DNA from: Gemmatimonadales bacterium
GTDB taxonomy: Bacteria; Gemmatimonadota; Gemmatimonadetes; Gemmatimonadales; GWC2-71-9
Direction: 5' to 3'
Length of the DNA: 59,270 nucleotides
Assembly: GCA_035559715.1 (NCBI GenBank)
Contig: DATMAW010000044.1
Location: 1-59,270, forward strand
Position numbers and translations under genes: made by a program
In this document: piece by piece, positions 18,799 through 26,721 of the stretch
Numbering within the stretch: the first letter of the stretch is position 1
How the letters are laid out: the number at the start of each line of letters is the position of its first letter
The notes under the pieces: generated by a model
What the model saw: only the letters and a program-made list of their open reading frames with translations
What the model was told of the DNA's origin: nothing
Databases searched by the model: none

Positions 18799-19617
18799 TT
18801 ACGGCACAACCGACACCGTGTCGGCCCGAGTCTGCCGGCCCGGGATCTCCAGGCTGGCGACACCAAGGGTGATCGTAAACGTGGACGTGTCGGCGGTGAC
18901 CAGTCCCAGGTAACGACCCTCGACCGACAGGAACTCGACGGTGCTCCGGCGCCCCGATCCTGCAACCTGGAACTCCTGCCCGCCCTGGGTTCCCGTGCCG
19001 CCAAACGTGTATGTCGTGCGGCGTCGGATCGGGAACGTGAGTGCACCTTCACGGGCCTCGGGATCACCCACGCGGTGTTCCGTGATCTGTCGAATGCTCA
19101 GTGGAATCCCGCTCGACGTGGATCGCTGTTCCGTCGTATCCACCCACGTCGTGCCGGGTGACGCGCCACCCGGAGGGAGGCGCGGGAAGAATAGCCGGAG
19201 TTCGTCGGTGAGTTCCCGAAGAAAGCGGACCGTGGAGTCTCCGCCGGACAACTCCGCGAGATCGCCAGTGGGACTGAGACGGCCAGAGAATCTCGAGCCG
19301 TGGGCTCTGCGGAAGTCAGTGGCGGTGGCGGCGTTGCCTTCGAATCGGGTGACGGAGTCGAGCACCAGCGATGCGATCATTGCGCCAGCGGTGTCCGACG
19401 CCAGGTCTGCGCTCACGAAGTATGCGAGATCCAGCCGGCTCTCCTGGATCCGCCCGCCGACGTCCTGCTCCACGTAGAGGTGGGACCGGACCTGGTAGCG
19501 CGCTGCACCGGGAGCCAGCACGGCGCGTACCTCCCTCGTCGGCGGCTGGACCGGGGCCGGCGGGCTCGGCGCTCCGCATGCGAGAACAACGCTGGCCGCC
19601 AACGTGTGAACCCTCAT
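18799..19617 (-). CDS. Hypothetical lipoprotein
   Basis: 272 aa. Signal plus lipobox (ASVVLACG). No family recognised. Confidence 0.55.
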   Translation of the reverse strand: MRVHTLAASVVLACGAPSPPAPVQPPTREVRAVLAPGAARYQVRSHLYVEQDVGGRIQESRLDLAYFVSADLASDTAGAMIASLVLDSVTRFEGNAATATDFRRAHGSRFSGRLSPTGDLAELSGGDSTVRFLRELTDELRLFFPRLPPGGASPGTTWVDTTEQRSTSSGIPLSIRQITEHRVGDPEAREGALTFPIRRRTTYTFGGTGTQGGQEFQVAGSGRRSTVEFLSVEGRYLGLVTADTSTFTITLGVASLEIPGRQTRADTVSVVP

Positions 19618-19919
19618 GGTTCCCGACTCCTCTTCACAAGCAGTTCGTCCTTCGTTCGCCCGAACACGGCCACCACCTCGCCTCGGTCCGTGCCCACGCG
19701 GAGCAGGGTCCAGCCCTTCTTCCTCATGTCTCGACGCCAGTCAATCAGGCTCGCCCAGCGAGCGGCCGTGGCTCGGAACACGCGCAGCTCTGCCACGCTC
19801 TCCCAGGAAACCGGGTACGGGCGGGATTCTTGGTCCGGCGGCGGCGTGCCTGCCATGCAGTCGAGGGGTTCGAGGTGGTGACTTCTGCCGATCAGTCGGC
19901 CAGTCGCCCCGATGTCCAT
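19614..19919 (-). CDS. Small hypothetical protein (possibly DUF4177-like)
   Basis: Track ORF 19614..20018 trimmed to ATG 19919 so that it does not overlap rnpB. The tail KKGWTLLRVGTDRGEVVAVFGR loosely resembles DUF4177. ATG 19856 is an alternative start. The stop overlaps the next gene's start (ATGA). Confidence 0.4.
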   Translation of the reverse strand: MDIGATGRLIGRSHHLEPLDCMAGTPPPDQESRPYPVSWESVAELRVFRATAARWASLIDWRRDMRKKGWTLLRVGTDRGEVVAVFGRTKDELLVKRSREP

Positions 19920-19974
19920 CCGCCGCGTCGATGCGGTCCGAAGCGGTGCGAGCGGAGCCCCGAGCGGTGGAGCG

Positions 19975-20350
19975 GGAAAGCAGGCGGGGCCGTAAGCCGA
20001 GTTCTGTTCGACCCACAAGGGATCGGACGGTCATCTCTCTTGGGTGGCGGTCACCCGCCACCTCACGCGGCCTACCCGCGGCTCATAACGGTCCGGGCCA
20101 GACCTTGCCGCCTATTTGGCCTTGCTCCGGCTGGGGGTTGCCGTGCCACGACCGTTACCGATCGCGCGGTGGGCTCTTACCCCACCTTTTCACCCTTACC
20201 CACCATGGGGTGGGCGGTCCGTTCTCTGTGGCCCTCTCCGTCGCCTTGCGGCGCCCAGGAATTACCTGGCAGCCTGCCCTGTGGAGCTCGGACTTTCCTC
20301 AGCCCGCCACGGATGGCGGACCGCGACCGTCACGCCCCACCGACTTCCCC
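19975..20350 (-). ncRNA. rnpB: RNase P RNA, bacterial type A
   Basis: The minus-strand read contains GAGGAAAGUCCGAGCUCCACAGGGCAGGCUGCCAGGUAA, GGUAAGGGUGAAAAGGUGGGGUAAGAGCCCACCGCGCG, CGGAGCAAGGCCAAAUAGG and ACAGAACUCGGCUUAC. These are near-identical to E. coli M1 RNA universally conserved blocks. P1 pairing of GGGGAAGUCGG with CCGCCUGCUUUCCC sets the ends, to about +/-5 nt. Confidence 0.92.
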
Positions 20351-20504
20351 ATCCAAAAGATAGCTGTCTCGTCGCGCTGGGGCAGTCTGTTGTAACCGGG
20401 GGAATCCGCTGTCGCCGGCACCGCCCCGTCGGTTGCGAGCGTGCCGCCAGGGGTTGAACCGGGGTTGAGCGGGACTCACTAGGTTCTCGCGCGGTGACTG
20501 ACTG

Positions 20505-21353
20505 GTGGCAGCCGTCTCGATGCCGCAGCCAAGCGCAACCGTTGCCACACTTCTCGAACCGTCCGTGCGGCTCCGGGTGGACGCAGCGTCCGGAGGGTAT
20601 TTCGCCACGGTTCACACGCAGACCCTGCCTGAAGCTCTGCAGGCGGTTCGTGAGCGACCCGTGCAAGCAGTGCTGGTCTCTCCCGGGCTCGTGGCGCAAG
20701 ACGAGCTCGCCACGGTGAGCTCACTCGTGAAGGGGTTCCCTGGGGTGGCCACGATTGCCGTTGTGGCCGGTCAGGATCAGCGAGCGTCGGCTCGTCTTCT
20801 CGAACTCGGTGCCTGCGGGGTGCGGCGACTGGTCGACCTCAGCGCGCGCGAGGGCTGGCGGCAGCTGCGCGACTTGGTGTCGCAGCCCTGCTCGCCAGTT
20901 GCCGCCATGATTCTGGGAACGGTGGTGCCGGCGCTCGGCGACATCCCGCCCGACTGTCGCCAGTTCTTCGAGGTACTGTCACGGTACGCGCCCCAGATGC
21001 CAACGGTTCGCTCGCTTGCACAGGAACTCAACGTTCGCCCGAGCACGTTCATGTCGCGTTTCTTTCGTACCGGGCTTCCCTCGCCCAAACGATATCTGGC
21101 GGCCATGCGGCTCGTTCATGCGGCTGGCCTGCTCGAACTTGGCGGCCTCTCCGTGGCCGACGTGGCATACAGGTTGGATTACTCTTCGCCGCAGAGCTTT
21201 GGTCGTCACATGCGGACCGCGCTTGGCCTCACGGCGGGGGAGTTTCGGCGCCGCTACTCGCTGCGCGTTGCAACAGATGACTTCGTCACGCGGCTGATCG
21301 TCCCCTTCCGGGACGTGCTCAGCACGTTCCATCCAATTGACTACTGGGTGTGA
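20505..21353 (+). CDS. AraC-family transcriptional regulator with N-terminal receiver-like domain
   Basis: C-terminal dual HTH (VRSLAQELNVRPSTFMSRFF..., VADVAYRLDYSSPQSFGRHMRTALGLTAGEFRRR). The N-terminal roughly 120 aa have a CheY-like alternation. Confidence 0.8.
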   Translation: MAAVSMPQPSATVATLLEPSVRLRVDAASGGYFATVHTQTLPEALQAVRERPVQAVLVSPGLVAQDELATVSSLVKGFPGVATIAVVAGQDQRASARLLELGACGVRRLVDLSAREGWRQLRDLVSQPCSPVAAMILGTVVPALGDIPPDCRQFFEVLSRYAPQMPTVRSLAQELNVRPSTFMSRFFRTGLPSPKRYLAAMRLVHAAGLLELGGLSVADVAYRLDYSSPQSFGRHMRTALGLTAGEFRRRYSLRVATDDFVTRLIVPFRDVLSTFHPIDYWV

Positions 21354-21403
21354 GAGACCGGACGCTCATGCGTGCGAGCCGGCCCCGGGAGGGGACTTCT
21401 TCC

Positions 21404-21964
21404 TCAGGTGGGAGCGAGGAGCCGGGACACCGTCGTAAGTGCGATGACCGGAACTCCACTCCGTTCGATCGCTGCGCGGCCACCTTCCTCCCGATCCACA
21501 ACCGCCAGCACGCCACAGATCCGCCCTCCGGCTTGCCTCACGGCCTCGATGGCCATGAGGGCCGAGCCGCCCGTCGTTATCACGTCCTCTACCACCACGG
21601 CTGCCACCCCCGAGCGGAAACATCCTTCGATCCGCTGACCCATTCCGTGCGGCTTCGCCTCCCGGCGCACCGAAAACGCATCCACAGTTGGTGGCGAGGA
21701 ACGGCTTGCCAGGGCTATCGCGTACGCAATGGGATCGGCGCCCATCGTCAGGCCGCCAACGACTTCCGCAGGCCACTCCATGCGTCGGATCTCGTCGAGC
21801 CCTAACTGCCCAATCACCTCGAGACCCTCGGCACTCATGCTGGTTTTCCGGGCATCGATGTAATAGGAGGAAGCTCGCCCCGAAGCCAACGTGAACTGGC
21901 CCATGCGGAGCGATCGCTCGCGGAGCAGGGCGAGCAGCCGGAGATTGAGATCTTGTGAGTGCAC
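21404..21964 (-). CDS. pyrE: Orotate phosphoribosyltransferase
   Basis: GQFTLASGRASSYYID and a PRPP loop VVVEDVITTGGS. The start is GTG 21964, immediately after the inverted repeat. Confidence 0.9.
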   Translation of the reverse strand: MHSQDLNLRLLALLRERSLRMGQFTLASGRASSYYIDARKTSMSAEGLEVIGQLGLDEIRRMEWPAEVVGGLTMGADPIAYAIALASRSSPPTVDAFSVRREAKPHGMGQRIEGCFRSGVAAVVVEDVITTGGSALMAIEAVRQAGGRICGVLAVVDREEGGRAAIERSGVPVIALTTVSRLLAPT

Positions 21965-21965
21965 T

Positions 21966-21988
21966 GTAGTAGTTGTACTCGCTACTAC
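21966..21988. repeat. Inverted repeat GTAGTAG-N9-CTACTAC filling the kinase-pyrE spacer
   Basis: Arms at 21966-21972 and 21982-21988. On the coding (minus) strand it reads TGA TAG TAG TAG cgagtacaa CTACTAC A GTG. Confidence 0.6.
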
Positions 21989-21990
21989 TA

Positions 21991-22944
21991 TCAGTTCTCT
22001 GGCTTTGGCTTCTGCCCCAGGAGCGAGCGGATTGCCCCAAAGAAACCGCCAGACTGGCTCTGATCAGCGACCGGGGTTTCGTCCCGCTTCACCGCGGGTT
22101 CTCCTATGGCGCTGCAGAACTCATCAGCGAAGGCGGTCACAGAGGACTGGCGCTGGCCGGGGTCACGAGCCAGGCCTCGCATCACCGCGGCTTCCAGGGC
22201 TGGCGGGAACCTCCCATGCTTACCCTCAGCCTGATTCAGTGGAGTGGGGCTCCCGGTCAGGAGCTGCTGAAACAGCTCCCGTGGTGTACGACCGGGATAG
22301 GGGTGCGTACCAGTCAGCAGATAGTAGGCGATCGTGGCCAGACTGTAGATGTCGGCGGCTTCGCCAACCAGCTCACCGGAGAGCGCCTCCGGCGAGACGT
22401 ACTGCAACGAGCCGACGAAAAACCCGGCACGAGTCAGGCGTTCTGCGGGTGCTTCCTGTGCGTCACGAGCAATGCCGAAATCCAGCAGTTTCACGCGTCC
22501 CGTGCGCGGAGCATAAACAATGTTCTCGGGCTTGAGGTCCCGATGAATGATGCCCACGGCGTGCGTGGCCGCGAGTGCGTCCGCGAGCTGGCGCACGATC
22601 GAAGCGACCTCGGCGGGCGGGAGCGAGCCGCGCTCACGGACCGCATCGGCCAGAGGCACCCCGTCTACCCACTCCATGGCCAGGTAGTGGATACCCTCTT
22701 CTTCTCCATGATCGTGCGTGCGAACGACGCCGTCATGCCGGACGCGGGTGCCGTACTCAGCCTCGCGCAGGAAGCGCTTCACAGCCGTGGGATCCGATCG
22801 CAGACGTCTGCGCAACGTCTTGAAGGCGCACTGGCCGTGGGAGGGATGCTCGGCCCGATACACGGTCGCCGTCCCGCCTTCACCCACCCGTTCCAGCAAT
22901 CGGTAACCGGCGATCGTGCGTCCAGCGAGGTTCTCGTCTTGCAT
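21991..22944 (-). CDS. Serine/threonine protein kinase (kinase domain only)
   Basis: 317 aa. GEGGTATVYRA, HRDLKPENI, DFGIA, and an SPE motif. There is no TM or sensor extension. Confidence 0.85.
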   Translation of the reverse strand: MQDENLAGRTIAGYRLLERVGEGGTATVYRAEHPSHGQCAFKTLRRRLRSDPTAVKRFLREAEYGTRVRHDGVVRTHDHGEEEGIHYLAMEWVDGVPLADAVRERGSLPPAEVASIVRQLADALAATHAVGIIHRDLKPENIVYAPRTGRVKLLDFGIARDAQEAPAERLTRAGFFVGSLQYVSPEALSGELVGEAADIYSLATIAYYLLTGTHPYPGRTPRELFQQLLTGSPTPLNQAEGKHGRFPPALEAAVMRGLARDPGQRQSSVTAFADEFCSAIGEPAVKRDETPVADQSQSGGFFGAIRSLLGQKPKPEN

Positions 22945-23006
22945 TCCGGTTGGCCAAGCTACGTACGGTCTTGTACGCGAGCAAGCGGATCTCTATGGTA
23001 GGGAGT

Positions 23007-25214
23007 ATGCGAGTTCGTGACGTTACGTTCACCTTGCTGCTGTGTGGGAGTGTCCCGGCGTGGGGCGCCGGGAGCGGCCCGGGAAGGGACCCTGGCACCG
23101 TGCGGGGAGCGTGGCATACGGCGATCGAGTCGCGGGGCCCCGCGCCGTCGGAAGACGTAGCTCGGGCGCTGGACATCGCGCGCGCCAAGATCGCTATTGG
23201 GGCATTTGAACAGGCCGGCGCGCTGCTGGCCGGTCTACCGCGGCGTGGCGATCGGTCTGACGCGATCGTTCTCCGCCTTCGCGCTGTGACGGAGTTCGCC
23301 CAGGGACGCTACGCCCCCGCGGCTGTGTTGTTCGCGGCCGCTGCAGACCGGGCCGTGGGGAAGGCGGCTGGCGTGCTCGATGCCCGGGCTGGACATGCGT
23401 TCGAGCTGGCGGGCGCAACCCGCTTGGCTCGGGTCCATTACCGCCGGGCGGCTCGCCGACTCCCGGAAATCCGCGGGTGGCTCGCCGTTCGGGAAGCACG
23501 GCTGCTCACGGATACCGCGGCGATCGGTCGCCTGCTGGGGCGGACGGGACCGGCCGGGCGTGCCCTCGCTGCGAGCGTCTGGGCGGACGCACTGCTACGG
23601 GCCGGTGACACCGCTGGCGCGGTGGCGTACCGCGCTCGGGCCGGCCGGCCAGCCGCCGCGGCATCTCTAGCGTTGGCCATGGGTGATCGTAGCACGGGCC
23701 GGCGCCTGTTGTATCAGGCGCTGCGCGCGGGCGCAACAGAGAATCTCGTGCCGGCCCTTGAGGCTGCGATGGCGCGCGTTCCTCCCGTGAACCCCGATGA
23801 GGTCATCGCGCTCGCGGGGGCGCTGCGACGAGTCGGTCGGCTGCCGGACGCCGCCCGGATGCTGCGCGACGCAGTCTCGCGAACCGGGAACGCCTGGTTG
23901 CTCATCGCGGCAGCGGAGGCACAGGCGGACGCCGGGGATCGAGCGGCCGCGCTTGCCACGCTCGAGCTGGCAGTCAGCCAGTCGGGTCGCGCCGCGGGTG
24001 ATGCCGCGTACGCCAGAGCGCGGATGTTGCTGCGCGTGCGTGGTGAGCAGGCCGGCGTTCCGGCGCTGTTGTCGTTCGCGCGCCGCTTCCCGGAGCATCC
24101 CGCCGTCCCGACGGCCCTGTTCCTCTTGGCCGACGCGCGTGAGCGGGCTGGCGACCGCCGTTCCGCGGATAGCCTGTATCACCTCGTTGGCTCGCGCTTC
24201 CCCCATCACAGCACTGCGAGCCAATCGTTCTTGAGACTGGCGGCCAATGCCGAGCGGGCGCGTCAATTCGATCGCGCGCGCCGGCTGCTTGCCTCAGTCC
24301 GCGACGGACGCGGCCCCGATGCCGATGCCGCCCGGTATCTTCTCGGGCGTGTGGCCCTGCAGGCCGGTGATACCGCCGCGGCAGTGGCCGAGTGGACGGC
24401 GTTAGCCAGCGGAGATTCGCTGGGGTACTACGCCCTGCTGGCGCGCGACGCGCTGGCGCTGCCATCGCTAAGAATTGAGCGGCCAACCTGGCCAGATGCG
24501 GGTCCGCTACTGAGAAGGGCGGCTGACCAGCTCGCGCTGCTGAAGGCAGCCGGGTTTTCGGACGAAGCGGATGCGCTTGTGGATTGGGCCAGCCATCAAC
24601 TCGCCGATGACGCCGAACAGCTGGTCGCCTTCGGACGCTGGCTGCTCGATGCGGGATACACCGAACCGGCCGTCAACCTCGGCTGGCGCGCCTCGCGACG
24701 GCTAGGCTTGCACGATGCCCGTGTTCTGCGGTTGGTCTTTCCCTGGCCGCTGCGTGACCTGGTCGAGTCGGAAGCCCAGAAGTTCAACTTGGACCCGTAC
24801 TTGCTGGCCGGCTTGATCCGCCAGGAATCGTTGTTCCGTTCCGGCGTGGTCTCGCGGGCCGGCGCCGTTGGTCTCATGCAGCTTATGCCCGGCACCGCGC
24901 TGCAGGTAGCTCGGCGGCTGGGCCTCGAGTGGCAAGAGGACCTCCTTGCCGTGGCGGACGCCAACCTCCATGTGGGAGCGGCGCACCTCTCGTCCCTGCT
25001 GCGGCGGTACCGGGGCAATGAGATCTTTGCGCTGGCCGCGTACAACGCCGGAGGTCGTCCCGTGGACCAGTGGCGACAGCGATGGACTCCGGCGCACGAC
25101 TGGGTGCAATTCGTCGAGCGCATCCCGTATCCGGAAACCCGGGCGTATGTGCGCACCGTCGTGAGAAACCGCACATTGTACAGGGCGCTCTACCCGGCTA
25201 CGGATCCCCCCTGA
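23007..25214 (+). CDS. Soluble lytic murein transglycosylase (Slt family)
   Basis: Track ORF 22950..25214. Start placed at ATG 23007, preceded by GGGAG. Long superhelical Ala/Leu-rich N-terminal region. C-terminal SLT domain GLIRQESLFRS...GLMQLMPGTA...AAYNAG. Confidence 0.85.
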   Translation: MRVRDVTFTLLLCGSVPAWGAGSGPGRDPGTVRGAWHTAIESRGPAPSEDVARALDIARAKIAIGAFEQAGALLAGLPRRGDRSDAIVLRLRAVTEFAQGRYAPAAVLFAAAADRAVGKAAGVLDARAGHAFELAGATRLARVHYRRAARRLPEIRGWLAVREARLLTDTAAIGRLLGRTGPAGRALAASVWADALLRAGDTAGAVAYRARAGRPAAAASLALAMGDRSTGRRLLYQALRAGATENLVPALEAAMARVPPVNPDEVIALAGALRRVGRLPDAARMLRDAVSRTGNAWLLIAAAEAQADAGDRAAALATLELAVSQSGRAAGDAAYARARMLLRVRGEQAGVPALLSFARRFPEHPAVPTALFLLADARERAGDRRSADSLYHLVGSRFPHHSTASQSFLRLAANAERARQFDRARRLLASVRDGRGPDADAARYLLGRVALQAGDTAAAVAEWTALASGDSLGYYALLARDALALPSLRIERPTWPDAGPLLRRAADQLALLKAAGFSDEADALVDWASHQLADDAEQLVAFGRWLLDAGYTEPAVNLGWRASRRLGLHDARVLRLVFPWPLRDLVESEAQKFNLDPYLLAGLIRQESLFRSGVVSRAGAVGLMQLMPGTALQVARRLGLEWQEDLLAVADANLHVGAAHLSSLLRRYRGNEIFALAAYNAGGRPVDQWRQRWTPAHDWVQFVERIPYPETRAYVRTVVRNRTLYRALYPATDPP

Positions 25215-25275
25215 ACGGATCGCAGTCCGGCAGCCTTGCCCCTCGCTCCCAGAACGAGGTAAGGTTCGGCGACGC

Positions 25276-26700
25276 ATGATCTCCGCTCGCCGCCCCCGGG
25301 GCATTCTTCTGATCCTTGCGGCCGGCGTCGCGGCCGGTTGCTCGGGCGCACGTGGTCCAGGTCGGCAACCGACGCCCGATCCCAACGTCCTTGTGCCACG
25401 CTTGTCCGATCCAACCGCGGTGTACCGTCAGCTCGGCTTTCTGGCCAAGGGCGAGCCGCTGCCGTTCGTTGCCTCTGTGAACTTCCTGGCTGGGCCGCGG
25501 CCGGACTCGACACTCGGGTTATTCGGCTTGTCCATGACCGGCGCCGCTCTGTCGTTTCGCCGGGTTGGGGCGGCGTTTGAGGCGCGCTACCGCGTGGAAG
25601 CTGTGTTCCGGAGGGGCACGGAGATCGTCACCCAGTTCGGCTCCGATCAAGTCGTCCGGGTTGCGGACATCGCCGAGACGCGCCGCACCGACGAGAGCGT
25701 CATCTTCCAGCACTTCGTCTATTTGCCACCCGGCGAGCTGAGCGTCACCGTGGTGGTGCGCGACCGGAACGGTCTTACCTCCACGCGGGACGACGGCCTG
25801 CTCCGAGTGCCGCGGTTCGACGCTGCCGGACCGGCCCTCTCGTCACTTATTCCAATCCACCAAGGTGTGCCGCGGACCAGCCGGACCGTGCTGCCCACGG
25901 TGTTGGTGAACCCGCGTGCCACCTCACCCCAGGGCGCGGACACCCTGCACTTCTACGTCGAAGCATACCGGGCCGGATCCGGCGCGCGGCTGTACGTGCG
26001 AGCAGTGCGCCGGGACAGTGGCGTGGCATGGGTGGACACGGTGACGGTGGCGCCCCCCGAGGTTGCCGTGGCGGTGGGGGCGGACACGGTGGCGCCCGAT
26101 ATCGCGGCGACCATCGTGCAAATCGCCCCACCGCAGCTGCAGCTCGGGGAACTCCGGTTCGAGGCGACGCTGGGCGGCCCCGACACGGTCCGGACCCTGG
26201 CACTGGTGACGTTCTCGGAGCAGTGGGCGGTTACCAACCTCGACGACGTGCTCTCGCTCCTCCGCTACTTCGGCCACGACGAAAAGGTCCGGGAAATCCA
26301 GGCCGCGTCCGGTCAGGAGCGCACGGCGCTGTGGCAGGCGTTTTGGCGGGCGACGGACCCCGACCCCATGACGCCTGAAAACGAAGCGATGACCGCGTAT
26401 TTCCGTCGTCTCCTGGTGGCGAACATCCGATTCCGCGAGGAGCCCGAGGCGGGCTGGTTGACCGACCGTGGTGAAGTCTACGTCACCGTGGGCGAGCCGG
26501 ATCGCGAGGAGCGCTACGATGACCTCCGCACGGGGCGAACCGTGATCCGCTGGACGTACTTCGTTGGCGGAGACACGGTGATTCTCTACTTCCTCAACGA
26601 GATGTCACCCACGTCCTTTCGACTGACGTTTTCGTCTCGCGTGGAGTATCAGCGGCTGCTGAACCGCGTCCGGCAACTCGGCCAGCCTCTGCGGAACTGA
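25276..26700 (+). CDS. GWxTD-domain lipoprotein
   Basis: Lipobox LAAGVAAGCSG. The GWxTD motif is present (AGWLTDRGEVYVTVGEPD). Confidence 0.75.
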   Translation: MISARRPRGILLILAAGVAAGCSGARGPGRQPTPDPNVLVPRLSDPTAVYRQLGFLAKGEPLPFVASVNFLAGPRPDSTLGLFGLSMTGAALSFRRVGAAFEARYRVEAVFRRGTEIVTQFGSDQVVRVADIAETRRTDESVIFQHFVYLPPGELSVTVVVRDRNGLTSTRDDGLLRVPRFDAAGPALSSLIPIHQGVPRTSRTVLPTVLVNPRATSPQGADTLHFYVEAYRAGSGARLYVRAVRRDSGVAWVDTVTVAPPEVAVAVGADTVAPDIAATIVQIAPPQLQLGELRFEATLGGPDTVRTLALVTFSEQWAVTNLDDVLSLLRYFGHDEKVREIQAASGQERTALWQAFWRATDPDPMTPENEAMTAYFRRLLVANIRFREEPEAGWLTDRGEVYVTVGEPDREERYDDLRTGRTVIRWTYFVGGDTVILYFLNEMSPTSFRLTFSSRVEYQRLLNRVRQLGQPLRN

Positions 26701-26721
26701 CGATCCGGCCGCGCGGCGCGG

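Noticed and set aside
19371-20395. Two long plus-strand ORFs (330 and 259 aa), plus the 5' part of minus ORF 19614..20018 and ORFs 19741..20061 and 20116..20457
   Set aside because: They lie across the RNase P RNA gene (19975-20350) and its flanks. The RNA identification is far stronger than any coding signal.
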